Shown: positions 63,670-64,000 of the stretch, piece after piece
How the letters are laid out: each line of letters starts with the position of its first letter
Position numbering within the stretch: the stretch's first letter is position 1
Origin: Dendrobates tinctorius
Taxonomy: Eukaryota
DNA: 64,000 nucleotides
NCBI RefSeq assembly: GCF_039654945.1
Contig: NW_027361685.1
Coordinates: 18,476,001-18,540,000, forward strand
Reading direction: 5' to 3'
Made by a program: the position numbers and the translations under genes
Notes under the pieces: generated by a model
Database searches by the model: none
What the model was told of the DNA's origin: nothing
Seen by the model: only the letters and a program-made list of their open reading frames with translations

Positions 63670-64000
63670 TGTCTGTCAGCGTAGTGTCCAGAGGCTGGAG
63701 GCGCTACCAGGAGACAGGCCAGTACACTAGGAGATGTGGAGGGGGTCGTATGAAGGCAACAACCCAGCAGCAGCATCGCTACCTCCACCTTTATGCAAGA
63801 AGGAACAGGAGGAGCACTGCCAGAGCCCTGCAAAATGATCTTCAGCAGGCCACAAATGTGCATGTGTCTGCACAAATGGTTAGAAACTGACTCCATGAGG
63901 ATGGTCTGAGAGCCTAACATCCACAGATGGGGGTTGTGCTCACAGCCCAACACCGTACAGGACGCTTGGCATTTGCCACAGAACACCAGGATTGGCAAAT

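Larger units (their letters stand above)
59057..64000 (+). mobile_element. Tc1-family transposon interrupted by CR1; continues past the window end
   Basis: TA|CACGGTTCAAAAAAATAAAGGGAACACT TIR. Transposase MRRTLQPTQVAQVVQLIQDGTSMRAVARKF breaks at 59442 and resumes at about 63668 ([17 protein letters not shown]). Confidence 0.9.

Overview
Eukaryotic, almost certainly anuran (frog) genomic DNA; the taxon is inferred from the zinc-finger gene type and repeat families. The window is part of a cluster of amphibian FAX/KRAB-like C2H2 zinc-finger genes (XlCOF7.1/oocyte-ZF type) with three near-identical paralogues in alternating orientation. A (minus, exons 4407-5466) has its ZF exon off the left edge. 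B (plus, 24678-31598) encodes 446 aa with 6 fingers. C (minus, 47596-57209) encodes 529 aa with 8 fingers plus 1 degenerate finger. Almost everything else is nested transposable elements and tandem repeats: Ty3/Gypsy chromovirus pieces and solo LTRs, two L1s, three CR1s (one full-length), three Tc1s (one with an intact DD34E ORF), piggyBac, hAT, Helitron, Harbinger- and Kolobok-type MITEs, a SINE, Penelope- and Sola-like remnants, and 110-, 22-, 43-, 30- and 40-bp minisatellites. There is a 225-N gap at 19577-19801. The most notable observations are: (i) a 231-bp inverted copy of the intact Tc1's catalytic core about 1.1 kb from the donor, a possible Mu-killer-like self-silencing hairpin; (ii) decayed minimal hammerhead-ribozyme motifs antisense to the 3' ends of both complete ZNF genes; (iii) a conserved N-terminus with a divergent ZF exon across inverted ZNF duplicates; (iv) a full-length CR1 with tandem 127-bp octamer-containing 5' monomers. 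All comparisons were made by eye and no database searches were run.
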